Assembly (NCBI GenBank): GCA_037443035.1
Contig: JBBIPC010000013.1
Span: 9,736-73,735 of the forward strand
DNA length: 64,000 nt
Source: Chthonomonadales bacterium
GTDB lineage: Bacteria > Armatimonadota > Chthonomonadetes > Chthonomonadales > CAJBBX01
Direction: 5' to 3'
Positions 51,396 through 61,232 of the stretch are shown one piece after another. A model generated the notes under the pieces. It ran no database searches, had not been told where the DNA came from, and saw only the letters and a list, made by a program, of their open reading frames with translations. Made by a program: the position numbers and the translations under genes. Position 1 is the first letter of the stretch. Each line of letters opens with the position of its first letter.

Positions 51396-54300
51396 TCAAC
51401 GCCACGTGAAGTGGTAACTGCCCGATTCCACGTGCACAAGGAGCGAGTCGTCTCGGGGTCCGATCAGGTTCACGCACGGCGCGTCCGCCACAGGACGGCC
51501 ACCTTCGAGGACCGTCTTGCCATGCGCGCCTGGGAGTGTCACGTCAGCGCTGCAGTTTGGGGGGACGCTGATGTCAAGAGCGAACGCTCCCGGTCCGGCC
51601 TTCCAGGCAACTTCGATCGGCCCGTGAATCGAACGATAGGAGCCCTTTGCCCAACCGAGACCACCACCTGGGATGGGTGCAATGCGGAACCGTTGCCATG
51701 CCGTCTGGGCCGTCGCTTCGGGACCATCGCCGGGTTCCAGACCGATGATGGTCCGCATCATCCACTCTCCCACGGCTCCCAGCGCCCAGTGGTTGAACGA
51801 GTTCATGCCGGGGTTCTGGAAACCGCGACCCTTGACGTACCCATCCCATCGTTCCCAAATAGTGGTGGCGCCGTTGTCAATGCTGTAGAGCCAGCTTGGG
51901 AACGTGCGGTTCAGCAGCAGGCGGTAGGCGACGTCGCTGCGACCTGCTCGGCTCAGCTCCAGCATCATGCGGTGTGTGGACTGGATGCCTGTAGAGATGT
52001 GCCCACCGTACGCCTCGATACCTGCTAGCATGTGTTCGACAGCCCTGGACCGGAGGTCTGGTGGTAGGAGATCGAAGTGGAGGGCCAGTGCGTAGCCGGC
52101 TTGCGTGTTGCCGAGGATGGTGCCATCGGCTTGGACGAACTCTCGGTTGAACGCCTGTCGGATACCCTCGTGCAGTTGCTCCAGCCTTTCGGCATCCTCG
52201 TCCTTGCCCAGCACGCGGGCCATGCGAGCCGTCAGACGCGTGGAGTTAGCCCAGAACGCCGTGGCGAATACCTCGCGAGGCACCTCCGCGCCCTTCGTGG
52301 GCCACCCTTCGGCGATGAGCGTATCTCCATTCAGCCAATCGTTGTAGTCGTTGCCTCGGTCGTTCCGCCATGTGAGGTCAGGGTTGTGCTCATGAATGAA
52401 GCGAATCCAGCGCAACATTGAGTCGTAATGCTTCTCGAGAACGCGGCGATCGCCGTAGTTCGCGTAGACCAGCCACGGTATCACTACCCCCGCGTCTCCC
52501 CACGCAGGAGTGCCCGAAAACCGTTTGTTGGAGTCGCCAGGGTTCGGGGCGAAATCTGGATAACGACCATCCTCGGCCTGCGCGTCCCTCACATCCTGCA
52601 GCCACTTCGTGAAGAAGCCGGCCATATCCATGTTGAAGCACGCCGTCTGCCCGAAAGCCTGGATGTCGCCCATCCAGCCCAGCCGCTCGTCCCGCTGGGG
52701 GCAATCCGTCGGTGTGCTCATGAGGTTCGCTCGCTGCGTCCAGAGAATGTTCCGCCATAGACGGTTCAGGCTAGGATCCGAGCACTCGAACGATCCAACC
52801 TCCGGCGCCGATGAGTGAAACACCTGGCCCGTCAAGTCTTCCAGCTTCGGCCTCAACGGTAGCCCCGTAACTTCCACATAACGGAAACCGTGGTAGGTGA
52901 AGTGAGGTTCGAAGACCTCCGTACCGTCGCCCCGGCACGTGTACCAGTCGCCCTGGGCAGCCCCTCGCAGGTTCTCCGTATAGAGTGTGCCGTCCTCATT
53001 GAGCATCTCGGCATGGCGCAGTCGCACCACCGTACCGGCTGGCGCACGCAGCCTGAACCTCACCCAGCCCACCATGTTCTGGCCGAGATCGTAGATGAAA
53101 ACCCCGGGTTTCGGCTCCGTGAGACCTGTTGGCTTCAGCTCACGGGTCACTCGTATGGGCTCGTTGGGCTGGGCGACCAGGCGAATACCAGGATGCACGT
53201 AGGTCGCGGCTTGGGTCCATTGTCCGTCATCGAAACCGGCAGCATCCCATCCCGAGAACTCCATTCGCGCATCGTACACCTCGCCGTCGAGGATATCGCT
53301 GATACGGATGGGACCCGACGTCGAGACGCGCCATGCGCCATCGGTCATCAGTACGGGCTTCGGGTCATCGTCGGCATGGAGCTGGGCAAGGAACTCAGGC
53401 CGCCGACCGTAGTGGCCGCGCCCAGGGAACAACCCGATACGACCGGCATACCAGCCATCTCCGACTACTGCCGTGATGACATTGCGACCTGCCTCGAGCA
53501 GGCTGGTCACGTCGTAGCCCTGGTACTGCACACGCATGCCATAATCGGTCCATTCCGGTGCCAGGATGTGGTCCCCGACCCGCTTGCCGTTGATCCGCAC
53601 CTCGTACACACCGAGCGCCGACGCGAACAGTGTCATGCGTGACGGCACCTTCGAGAGCGTGAACTCCCGCCGTAGGTAGATTGGCGGAAGCGGCTCGACT
53701 CCTTCGGCTGGATGAGACTGCCGGTCGCCGTCCGTCAGGTTCGCGGCCGCCCACGGGCCGGTCTCGATGCTGTCGAGCGCCGTCACCCGCGCGCCTGCTG
53801 TGATGACTTCGTCTCCGTGGAGCCCCTCCATTTCCGCCAACGCCATACCGAACCGGCCACGGTCCCTCTCCCGAAGAGCCGTGACCACAAGACGAAGCCG
53901 CTGTACGGTGGCCGGAGGGAAGCGAACGGTGAGGGGACCGGCTGCTGGCGCAGCACAGTCCGCTGCAGTCCTATCCACGAGCACGTGGAATGGGCCTTCC
54001 CCGGAATTCGCCCCCTCGATCCGAAACCGAAGCGGAAACAGGAATCCCGGGGTATCGGGCTGCCAATCGTAGGGTCGAGCCGGCCAGAGCCTCACGCCGT
54101 CCATGGTGGCTGGCGCATCCAGCTCGATCTGAACCCACTTCTCCTGCTCCGGCCGATTAGCCAGCTCAGTATGGTATCCGTTCCGCGCCGGTCGTGCCTC
54201 CGGATAGTGCTGGGGGTCCCCTATCCACTGCGCCGACCATACTCCGACAGGTCCGCAGGTCCAATGAGCAGGCTCGCTCCAGCCCGAGGCGCGATCCTCC

Positions 54301-54632
54301 TCGTCCCATACCTGCACGGTCCACCAAACTTGCCGGAGGGGGCGCAGCACGTTGCCAGCATAGGCAATCTGGCACGTAGCAGCGGAAGCGACCTTGCCGC
54401 TGTCCCACAGATCTGCCTTGCCGGGCGCCAGAAGGCGACGTTCCGACGCGGCCAAGATCCTGTACGCCGTTTGCCGAAAGCCCCGCCGGGAACTCTGCAG
54501 CTCCCAGCTCAGGCGTGGCGCAGGCTCGTCCACGCCGATGGGGTTCGTCAAGTACTCGCACCTCATGTGGACGATCTTGACGGCTGCAGCTGGCGTCGAA
54601 GCAGAAAGACTACCGAGAAAGATGCACAACAT
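51396..54632 (-). CDS. GH78 alpha-L-rhamnosidase with F5/8-type insertion
   Basis: CEYLTNPIG, LWDSGKV, DLGQNMVGW, FTYHGFRY, PTDCPQRDERLGWMGD, GATTIWERW, SFNHWALG. Confidence 0.93.
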   Translation of the reverse strand: MLCIFLGSLSASTPAAAVKIVHMRCEYLTNPIGVDEPAPRLSWELQSSRRGFRQTAYRILAASERRLLAPGKADLWDSGKVASAATCQIAYAGNVLRPLRQVWWTVQVWDEEDRASGWSEPAHWTCGPVGVWSAQWIGDPQHYPEARPARNGYHTELANRPEQEKWVQIELDAPATMDGVRLWPARPYDWQPDTPGFLFPLRFRIEGANSGEGPFHVLVDRTAADCAAPAAGPLTVRFPPATVQRLRLVVTALRERDRGRFGMALAEMEGLHGDEVITAGARVTALDSIETGPWAAANLTDGDRQSHPAEGVEPLPPIYLRREFTLSKVPSRMTLFASALGVYEVRINGKRVGDHILAPEWTDYGMRVQYQGYDVTSLLEAGRNVITAVVGDGWYAGRIGLFPGRGHYGRRPEFLAQLHADDDPKPVLMTDGAWRVSTSGPIRISDILDGEVYDARMEFSGWDAAGFDDGQWTQAATYVHPGIRLVAQPNEPIRVTRELKPTGLTEPKPGVFIYDLGQNMVGWVRFRLRAPAGTVVRLRHAEMLNEDGTLYTENLRGAAQGDWYTCRGDGTEVFEPHFTYHGFRYVEVTGLPLRPKLEDLTGQVFHSSAPEVGSFECSDPSLNRLWRNILWTQRANLMSTPTDCPQRDERLGWMGDIQAFGQTACFNMDMAGFFTKWLQDVRDAQAEDGRYPDFAPNPGDSNKRFSGTPAWGDAGVVIPWLVYANYGDRRVLEKHYDSMLRWIRFIHEHNPDLTWRNDRGNDYNDWLNGDTLIAEGWPTKGAEVPREVFATAFWANSTRLTARMARVLGKDEDAERLEQLHEGIRQAFNREFVQADGTILGNTQAGYALALHFDLLPPDLRSRAVEHMLAGIEAYGGHISTGIQSTHRMMLELSRAGRSDVAYRLLLNRTFPSWLYSIDNGATTIWERWDGYVKGRGFQNPGMNSFNHWALGAVGEWMMRTIIGLEPGDGPEATAQTAWQRFRIAPIPGGGLGWAKGSYRSIHGPIEVAWKAGPGAFALDISVPPNCSADVTLPGAHGKTVLEGGRPVADAPCVNLIGPRDDSLLVHVESGSYHFTWR

Positions 54633-54858
54633 GTGCGACAATCTCCTCACGCGGCGATGCGGTAGACTGTACCACGAAGTCCCTCCTTGCGGTAGCCCAA
54701 CTCGGTAGGAGCGCTTGCAGGTCCCAGCCACGTCGAGCAGCTGAAGTCTGGCCAGACGGCGCCACATCTTTGGGAGCGAACGCTACAATAGCCCGGAACA
54801 GCGCCTTCAGGTCGTGGGTTCTTGAGAGGATCGAGTTCGCGCTCGAAGGGAACCATCC

Positions 54859-56169
54859 ATGCTCTTTCATCTCGTGTTCGCAAGCATCGTGACAGCACCG
54901 GCACAACAACCCATATTCACGCCGGAAGAGAGAGCGGCCATCGTTTCCTACTGGTCCGTGCCAGGCCGGTACACCATGGGCCTTCCTCCCACTGCCTTGA
55001 AGAACGGTCCCTGGCAGGTGCGGCTGACGCCCGACGGCTCCCGCTGGTTCTGGGCGTATCAGAGAGCCATCGCCGGTCCTGGCAAGCCCCCGCCGAACCT
55101 GGACATCAAAGCAACGGCTCCAGAATGGGAAAACTGGGTCCAGGCGAAGCTCGACTACGACCGGTGGTGCGCTCAGACAGTGGCGGACGCTGCCAATCGA
55201 GCCCTGATGCCCCAGCTCGCGCCCGTGGCGGCACAATCCGGGCCGCCACCTCCGGGACCCGCTCCTGCTGACCTGGTGGAGAAGGTAGGCAATCCCCCTG
55301 CCTTCGCCTCGGCAGTCGTCCCCATGCAGTTCTCGGTGACGTTCGACGACGGCGACAAGTACGTCTACACGGACAATCCGAACATGCGTCCTCGCTACGC
55401 CTACTATCGCTCGCCCAATGGAGTCATGGATCCTGGCAGGTCCCTACGCTCCATGTCTGATGCCGAGCTCGACCCGCTCTTCGCAGGTGCCGGCATGAAT
55501 CCATCGGAAGCTCGGGCGGCAAAGGCAGTGTCACGGTTAGAGGGAGGCTTCGACGCCGTGAACACCTACGATACGGGTTGGGTCAGTATAGGGTTCATTC
55601 AATGCATCACAGGCGAGCGGGGCGATGGTTCCCTCATGGAGGTTCTGGCCCGCGAGAAGGCTGATAACCCTGACGCCTACAACGCGGATTACCGCCGCTT
55701 CGGTATCGACGTCAATGCAGCCGGTGTGTTGGTGGTGGTGGACCCCTCCACGGGCGCCGAACTTACCGGCAACGAGGCCGTGCGGAAGGTTATTGATGAC
55801 AAGCGGCTGACTGCCTGCTTCCAGAAGGCCGGACGCCGCAGCCTTGCATTTCGTACCGCACAGATCGCGGTCGCTCGGTCCCACTACTGGCCAGCGAACG
55901 ACGTTTTCCGCGTATCGGTGAATGGCACGACGCTGGAGGGTCGTGTATCCGATGTCATCCGCTCCGAGGCCGGCATGGCAACGCTCTTCGATCGTAAGGT
56001 CAATCGAGGCACCATTGCGCCCTTCGCTGAGGTACTGGAACGGATCATGCGTTCCCACTCCTGCACAACGCTGGAGGAAGCACGACGCTACGAGCGGGAG
56101 ATTATCGCTGAGCTGAAGTACCGGGTGGACTTCCTTCAGGATCCCACTCTGTCCAAGCCCGAAGGATGA
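54859..56169 (+). CDS. Secreted hypothetical protein with putative lysozyme-like domain
   Basis: Signal peptide; VSRLEGGFDAVNTYDTGWVSIGFIQ. Confidence 0.7.
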   Translation: MLFHLVFASIVTAPAQQPIFTPEERAAIVSYWSVPGRYTMGLPPTALKNGPWQVRLTPDGSRWFWAYQRAIAGPGKPPPNLDIKATAPEWENWVQAKLDYDRWCAQTVADAANRALMPQLAPVAAQSGPPPPGPAPADLVEKVGNPPAFASAVVPMQFSVTFDDGDKYVYTDNPNMRPRYAYYRSPNGVMDPGRSLRSMSDAELDPLFAGAGMNPSEARAAKAVSRLEGGFDAVNTYDTGWVSIGFIQCITGERGDGSLMEVLAREKADNPDAYNADYRRFGIDVNAAGVLVVVDPSTGAELTGNEAVRKVIDDKRLTACFQKAGRRSLAFRTAQIAVARSHYWPANDVFRVSVNGTTLEGRVSDVIRSEAGMATLFDRKVNRGTIAPFAEVLERIMRSHSCTTLEEARRYEREIIAELKYRVDFLQDPTLSKPEG

Positions 56170-56196
56170 GCCTTTCCATGGGCAGAGGCGCGCGTC

Positions 56197-56775
56197 ATGG
56201 CCGGACATAGCCCGGAATCTGCCGCAGCGATCCTCAGGGCCCTTCTCAACAGCATGGAGTGCGGCGGCCGCATTCGTCAACAGATGGCGCTCGCGTTCTG
56301 GCCCCTCGCAGTCGGCCCTGTCGTCGCCCAGACCTGCACAGCCGAGGAAGTGCGCGATGGTGTCCTCTACGTGCGCACACCCGGCTCGACATGGTCTCAG
56401 GAGTTGAGCCTGCTCAAGCACACTATATTGCCGCGTCTCAACAGCATGATCGGTGCCAGCGCCGTCAAAGATATCAAGTTCCGCGTCGGTGGCAAGCGAC
56501 AGTCCGCGACGCCGCCTGCCCCCACTGCTCCAACCGAGGAGGAGCTTGCCAGGGTGATGCTGAGGGAAGAGGATCAGCGGGAGATGCAGGTTGCCCTCGA
56601 GGAAGCACTCGCGATACGCGACGAGGCCGTCCGAGAGGCGACCATCCGACTGATCCGTAAGGCCTACCGCCTCAGTCGCTGGCGGCTGGAGCATGGCTGG
56701 AGGCCATGTCCCTCCTGCGGGGCCCTGTTTCCTGACGACACTCCCAGGTGCACGCTGTGCCAGTCCAGCCGGTGA
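56197..56775 (+). CDS. DUF721/DciA family protein with C-terminal Zn ribbon
   Basis: WPLAVGPVVA, DGVLYV...WSQEL..LK..IL..LN, VKDIKFRVG; CPSC...CTLC. Confidence 0.85.
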   Translation: MAGHSPESAAAILRALLNSMECGGRIRQQMALAFWPLAVGPVVAQTCTAEEVRDGVLYVRTPGSTWSQELSLLKHTILPRLNSMIGASAVKDIKFRVGGKRQSATPPAPTAPTEEELARVMLREEDQREMQVALEEALAIRDEAVREATIRLIRKAYRLSRWRLEHGWRPCPSCGALFPDDTPRCTLCQSSR

Positions 56776-56868
56776 GCACGACCAGGACGCTTGCCCACCT
56801 TCCGCGCGAACCGGCAGCTCCCAAGCAGCGTCCTACATACCGACAACCTTCTGCTATAATGCCGACAG

Positions 56869-59208
56869 ATGGCTAGTTCAGCGTCAGGCAATCGCCGAAA
56901 AACGTACCGACGAGACACGACCGTGAGGCGGAAACGAACTGCCGCAGCAGCGGACGCCACGCATCCTGGCCGATGGCACGATATCATCGGCCTGACACTC
57001 GTCTTTGGCGGCCTGGCGTGCCTCTTGTGGCTGGTCTACCGGCAAAGCGCACCGCTACCGGGCATGCTCGTCACAGCGCTGCGCTGGCTCGCCGGTTCTG
57101 GTGCCTACGCGCTGCCTCTGGTGCTGATCTTCGTAGGGTCCATGCTCCTGGTCGGATATCGGCGCTTTTCGTTTTCCCATGCCACGGCAGGGTCCCTCCT
57201 AGCATTCCTCAGCTTTCTCGCGTTCAGGCACATTTCCGGTGACCCCAATGCGGTGCCCGAGGTGCTCCGCACGACTGGCCCCTTCGACTCCTACGTGGGC
57301 GATCCCCAGTGGTCCTCGGCTTACGTGGAGACCGCCGGAGGTTACCTTGGAGCGGCTGTAGGATGGGCCCTGACTTCACTGGTCGGATCCACCGGCACCT
57401 ATCTCTTCCTTGCCATGTTCGCCCTCATGTCACTGGTCTTGATGCTGGACAAGCCTTTTCGGGACATTCTCCAGGCACTGCAGCGCCCTGCCGCAGCAGG
57501 TGCATCTCTTGCTCGACGCACTGCGGCCGCCGTCAAGGAGCGAAGGACGAGAGAGGGTGAACAAGGAACACCCGCCGCAACGGACGAGGTGGCAGCGTTG
57601 CCGACACCGGTCCGCCGTCCCGAGGTCGTAGCGATCCTGGAAGGCGACGCCGGAGACGCCGAACCCGATGTCCCCTCGGCAATGCCCGCTCCCAGCACGA
57701 CTCCGAAGAAGCGGAAGCAGCCCGATCTGATCCAGCCTCCCCTCATCGAGTCGGAAGTGCCGGCCGGGCCGGTTCCACCGCCCATATACCAGCCCTACCG
57801 CTTGCCGCCGATCTCGCTCTTGAGAGACGCGCCGCCCGTGGTGAACAAGAAGGCCCAGCAGGAGCTGGCCGAGAAGATCCGCATCTTGGAGAAAACGCTC
57901 GAAGAGTTCGGCATCGGCGCCAACGTCGTAGAGATTGCCCACGGCCCCACCGTGACCCGCTACGAAATCCAGCTTGCCCCGGGCATCAAAGTTGCGCGTA
58001 TTACATCCCTGGCCGACAACCTGGCCATGGCCCTGGCCGCCATCAACGTGCGTGTGGAAGCCCCTATCCCGGGCAAGGCGGCTATCGGCGTAGAAGTACC
58101 CAACTCCAACAAGGCGGTTGTAAGCTTGAAGGAGTGTATCGAGAGCCCCGTGTTCCGCGATGCCCCCTCGAAACTCACCTTCGCCCTGGGCAAGGACGTG
58201 GCTGGCGAGATCAAGGTGGCCGATCTTGCCGCCATGCCGCACCTCCTCATCGGCGGCGCCACCAACTCCGGCAAGTCCGTCTGCCTGAACACCCTGATCG
58301 CCTCCATCGTCTACCGCGCCCGCCCCGACGAAGTCAAGTTCATCATGGTAGACCCGAAACGCGTCGAACTGACCATGTGGGATGGCATACCCCACCTGAT
58401 CCATCCCGTCGTCCGGGACGTGAACATGGCCGCAGGCATCCTCCGCGCCGCTATCAAGGAGATGGATCGCCGGTATGACATGCTAGCCGATGTTGGTGCG
58501 CGCAATATCGTGAGCTACAACGAGAAAGTGCCGGAAGGCGAGCGCATGCCCTATCTCGTCATCATCATAGACGAGCTGGCCGACCTCATGGCTCAGGCGG
58601 GACCCGAGATAGACTCGTCCATAGAACGCCTAGCGCACCTGGCCCGGGCAACCGGCATCCACCTGGTCATCGCAACCCAGCGGCCCTCGGTGGACGTTAT
58701 CACCGGTACCATCAAGGCGAACATTCCCTCGCGCATCGCCTTCGCGTGCATTCAGGCAGTGGACAGCCGGACCATCCTCGATCGCAACGGGGCCGAGCGC
58801 CTTATCGGACGTGGGGATATGCTCTTCCTCCCCATAGACGCCGCAAAGCCCGTCCGCATTCAGGGATGCTACCTCTCCGAGGGCGAAACTGAAGCCATCG
58901 TCGAGTTCCTTCGTGCGCAGGATACACCCGAATACACGCTGAAGCCCATCGAAGAACCCGTACAGCCGAACGATGGTATGGAAGAACCGGTGGACGATGT
59001 GCTCTTCGAGAAGGCCGTTCGCCTGGTCGTTAGCACAGGCCATGCCTCGGCCTCCCTCCTGCAGCGTCGGATGCGCATCGGCTATGCTCGTTCGTCCCGT
59101 CTGGTAGACATCATGGAACAGCGCGGCATCGTGGGTCCCCAGGACGGAGCCAAACCACGCGAAGTGCTCATCACGCGGGACGAAATGGAGCGCATGTTCG
59201 GCGGCTAG
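56869..59208 (+). CDS. ftsK: DNA translocase FtsK/SpoIIIE
   Basis: N-terminal TMs; GPTVTRYE, MPHLLIGGATNSGKS, IIDELADLM, ATQRPSVDVITG; gamma domain LQRRMRIGYAR. Confidence 0.97.
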   Translation: MASSASGNRRKTYRRDTTVRRKRTAAAADATHPGRWHDIIGLTLVFGGLACLLWLVYRQSAPLPGMLVTALRWLAGSGAYALPLVLIFVGSMLLVGYRRFSFSHATAGSLLAFLSFLAFRHISGDPNAVPEVLRTTGPFDSYVGDPQWSSAYVETAGGYLGAAVGWALTSLVGSTGTYLFLAMFALMSLVLMLDKPFRDILQALQRPAAAGASLARRTAAAVKERRTREGEQGTPAATDEVAALPTPVRRPEVVAILEGDAGDAEPDVPSAMPAPSTTPKKRKQPDLIQPPLIESEVPAGPVPPPIYQPYRLPPISLLRDAPPVVNKKAQQELAEKIRILEKTLEEFGIGANVVEIAHGPTVTRYEIQLAPGIKVARITSLADNLAMALAAINVRVEAPIPGKAAIGVEVPNSNKAVVSLKECIESPVFRDAPSKLTFALGKDVAGEIKVADLAAMPHLLIGGATNSGKSVCLNTLIASIVYRARPDEVKFIMVDPKRVELTMWDGIPHLIHPVVRDVNMAAGILRAAIKEMDRRYDMLADVGARNIVSYNEKVPEGERMPYLVIIIDELADLMAQAGPEIDSSIERLAHLARATGIHLVIATQRPSVDVITGTIKANIPSRIAFACIQAVDSRTILDRNGAERLIGRGDMLFLPIDAAKPVRIQGCYLSEGETEAIVEFLRAQDTPEYTLKPIEEPVQPNDGMEEPVDDVLFEKAVRLVVSTGHASASLLQRRMRIGYARSSRLVDIMEQRGIVGPQDGAKPREVLITRDEMERMFGG

Positions 59209-59344
59209 ACCACCTCCACACTCCTCGACGCGCACCATCCACGCTGCTGTGATCCACGTCCAGGTCTCGTCAGCGCCACGTCTTCTGCGCCGACGGCAAA
59301 CCATCCTTCGCCGAAGCCGGTAATATAGCGGGGAGGACAAACGC

Positions 59345-60283
59345 TTGTCTCGTGTATGGTGGTTCGACAGGCCCGATGGACCGGAACCGGCGCGTGCCTC
59401 GGAGACTGACGCGGCGGCCATCGAGCGCTTGACCAGCGAACTGGAGCAGGAGATTCGTGAATACCGTCGCTGGCGGTGGCGTCGGCGCCTGCGGCAACTC
59501 ATCCGAATGCTCTTCCTGGCCGCCATCTTCGCAGCCTTCCTCCACCGGCAGTGGGGAGCGTTCATGTGGATGATGATTCTCTTCGGTGGAAGCGAAGTGC
59601 GCGACCCGCGGGCTAACCAGAGGCGCCGTACAGCCGGACTCGTGGCCCGAATGCGAGACCCACGCGTCGTGAACGTGCTCGCCATGGCCCGTGCGTCCAA
59701 CGACCCGGCGACACGAACCGTGGCCACAGAAGGTCTCATCGAGATCCTGCCCACACTCAAGGCCAGTGACGCCCGCTTTATCACGAACGACGGCATGCGC
59801 GCCCTCACGGCCATCCTGAACCCAAGCCGGGTGTCCGACATTAAGCTCATGCTGGCGGTCTTGGACGCCCTGAAGCAGGTCGGCTCACCAGCGTGCATTC
59901 CGGCCGTCGAGCGTCTTCTCACCATGCCTCTCCCAGTACGCCAGCTCGTCAGGATTACGGACCGATGGTACTATCCGCGGCTAGGCGAGAACGTGCGGAG
60001 GCTGCAGATTGCTGCTGCAGAGTGCCTCGAAATCTTGCGCGTCCGGGAGAAGCAAGAGCGCGATCGGAACACACTCCTCCGTCCCGCAGAACGCCCCGCA
60101 GATGAGGATATGACGCTGCTCCGTCCGGCGTCGGGAGCACCGCAGCCGGACGATATCACGCTCGTCCGTCCAGCTTCGGACCCTGAGAATGCGGACGGTC
60201 TCGAAACCGCCGTCGCGACGACAGCGGACGCCGAACCGGAGCTCCGCCAGATGCAAAGGAATGCCGCAGAGGGAGACGGATAG
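59345..60283 (+). CDS. Membrane-anchored HEAT-repeat-like protein with three LLRP repeats in C-terminal tail
   Basis: TTG with GGGGAGG RBS; TM hairpin; AVLDALKQVGSPACIPAVERL; TLLRPA x2 and TLVRPA. Confidence 0.8.
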   Translation: MSRVWWFDRPDGPEPARASETDAAAIERLTSELEQEIREYRRWRWRRRLRQLIRMLFLAAIFAAFLHRQWGAFMWMMILFGGSEVRDPRANQRRRTAGLVARMRDPRVVNVLAMARASNDPATRTVATEGLIEILPTLKASDARFITNDGMRALTAILNPSRVSDIKLMLAVLDALKQVGSPACIPAVERLLTMPLPVRQLVRITDRWYYPRLGENVRRLQIAAAECLEILRVREKQERDRNTLLRPAERPADEDMTLLRPASGAPQPDDITLVRPASDPENADGLETAVATTADAEPELRQMQRNAAEGDG

Positions 60284-60287
60284 GCCC

Positions 60288-61232
60288 GTGGCAAGGATCA
60301 AACTGCAAGATGCCAGGACCTTCTGGCGGATCATGCGCAGCATCTCCCTGAAGGAGATCGAGACCGAGGCGCACCGGACGTTTGCCCTAGCCCTCGTCGG
60401 CGACGAGAAGAAACGCAGGGAGGTCCTGCAGCGTCTCTACCCGGACCGCGCCACCGACGCGGCGTATCCGCTTGTTCGAAGCTTCGACTCGGTGGCTGCA
60501 GAGGATGGTTTCCCCCAGGAGAGCGGTTCCTTCGACATCATCCTCGATGCAGGCGGAGGATGGGCCCCCACCGACGGACGGATCAGTACCTTCTCCCTCG
60601 TCGAGCTCGGCGGATGGGAAGCGACGGTAGAACGCATCTTGGATGAGCATTCCGAGCTAGCGCTGGCACTCGCTCGGCGGTTCCCTGGCTTTCGGCAGGC
60701 AGTGGCTCAGCGGATCATCCGCGAGACCTCCGTCGCCAATGCCGAGTTCGCCATGCTCAACGCGTTGCCCGGCCTCGTGCCCCTGCTGGGCATCCTGTTG
60801 CCCACTGCCATGGTTGGCGACATGCTCCTGCTTGCCAAGAATCAAGCCTTGATGCTCTATCGCCTGGCCGCCTGCCACGGCATGGACCTGGATCTTCGCG
60901 CCAGGGCGCGGGACATCATGCCGCTGCTCGGCAACGCCTTCGGATGGAGAGCGTTGGCACGGGAGATCGTCGGGGCCGTGCCGGGAGGCGTCGGTTTGGC
61001 AGCACGTGGCGCCATCGCTTACGCAGGCACCATGGCGCTCGGTGAAGCCATGCGCCGATTCTACTCTCTTGGCGAGCAGCCGACCCGCGCGTCGCTGGCT
61101 CATCTCTATCGCGAGAGCCTAGAAGAAGCTCGGCAGGCAGCGTCTGCGCTCGGTCGCCGGGTTCGTGCTGCCAAACCACCGCGTGGACTGCTGTCAGGCC
61201 GGAGGAAACGAGGCACGGATGATGAGAAATAG
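60288..61232 (+). CDS. Conserved hypothetical protein (DUF697/YcjF-like C-terminal region)
   Basis: DMLLLAKNQALMLYRLAACHG, GWRALAREIVGAVPG, GAIAYAGTMALG. Confidence 0.75.
   Translation: MARIKLQDARTFWRIMRSISLKEIETEAHRTFALALVGDEKKRREVLQRLYPDRATDAAYPLVRSFDSVAAEDGFPQESGSFDIILDAGGGWAPTDGRISTFSLVELGGWEATVERILDEHSELALALARRFPGFRQAVAQRIIRETSVANAEFAMLNALPGLVPLLGILLPTAMVGDMLLLAKNQALMLYRLAACHGMDLDLRARARDIMPLLGNAFGWRALAREIVGAVPGGVGLAARGAIAYAGTMALGEAMRRFYSLGEQPTRASLAHLYRESLEEARQAASALGRRVRAAKPPRGLLSGRRKRGTDDEK

Noticed and set aside
54633..54858. Riboswitch or ncRNA in the GH78 divergent intergenic region
   Set aside because: No recognisable aptamer motif or strong terminator by eye; an Rfam scan would be needed
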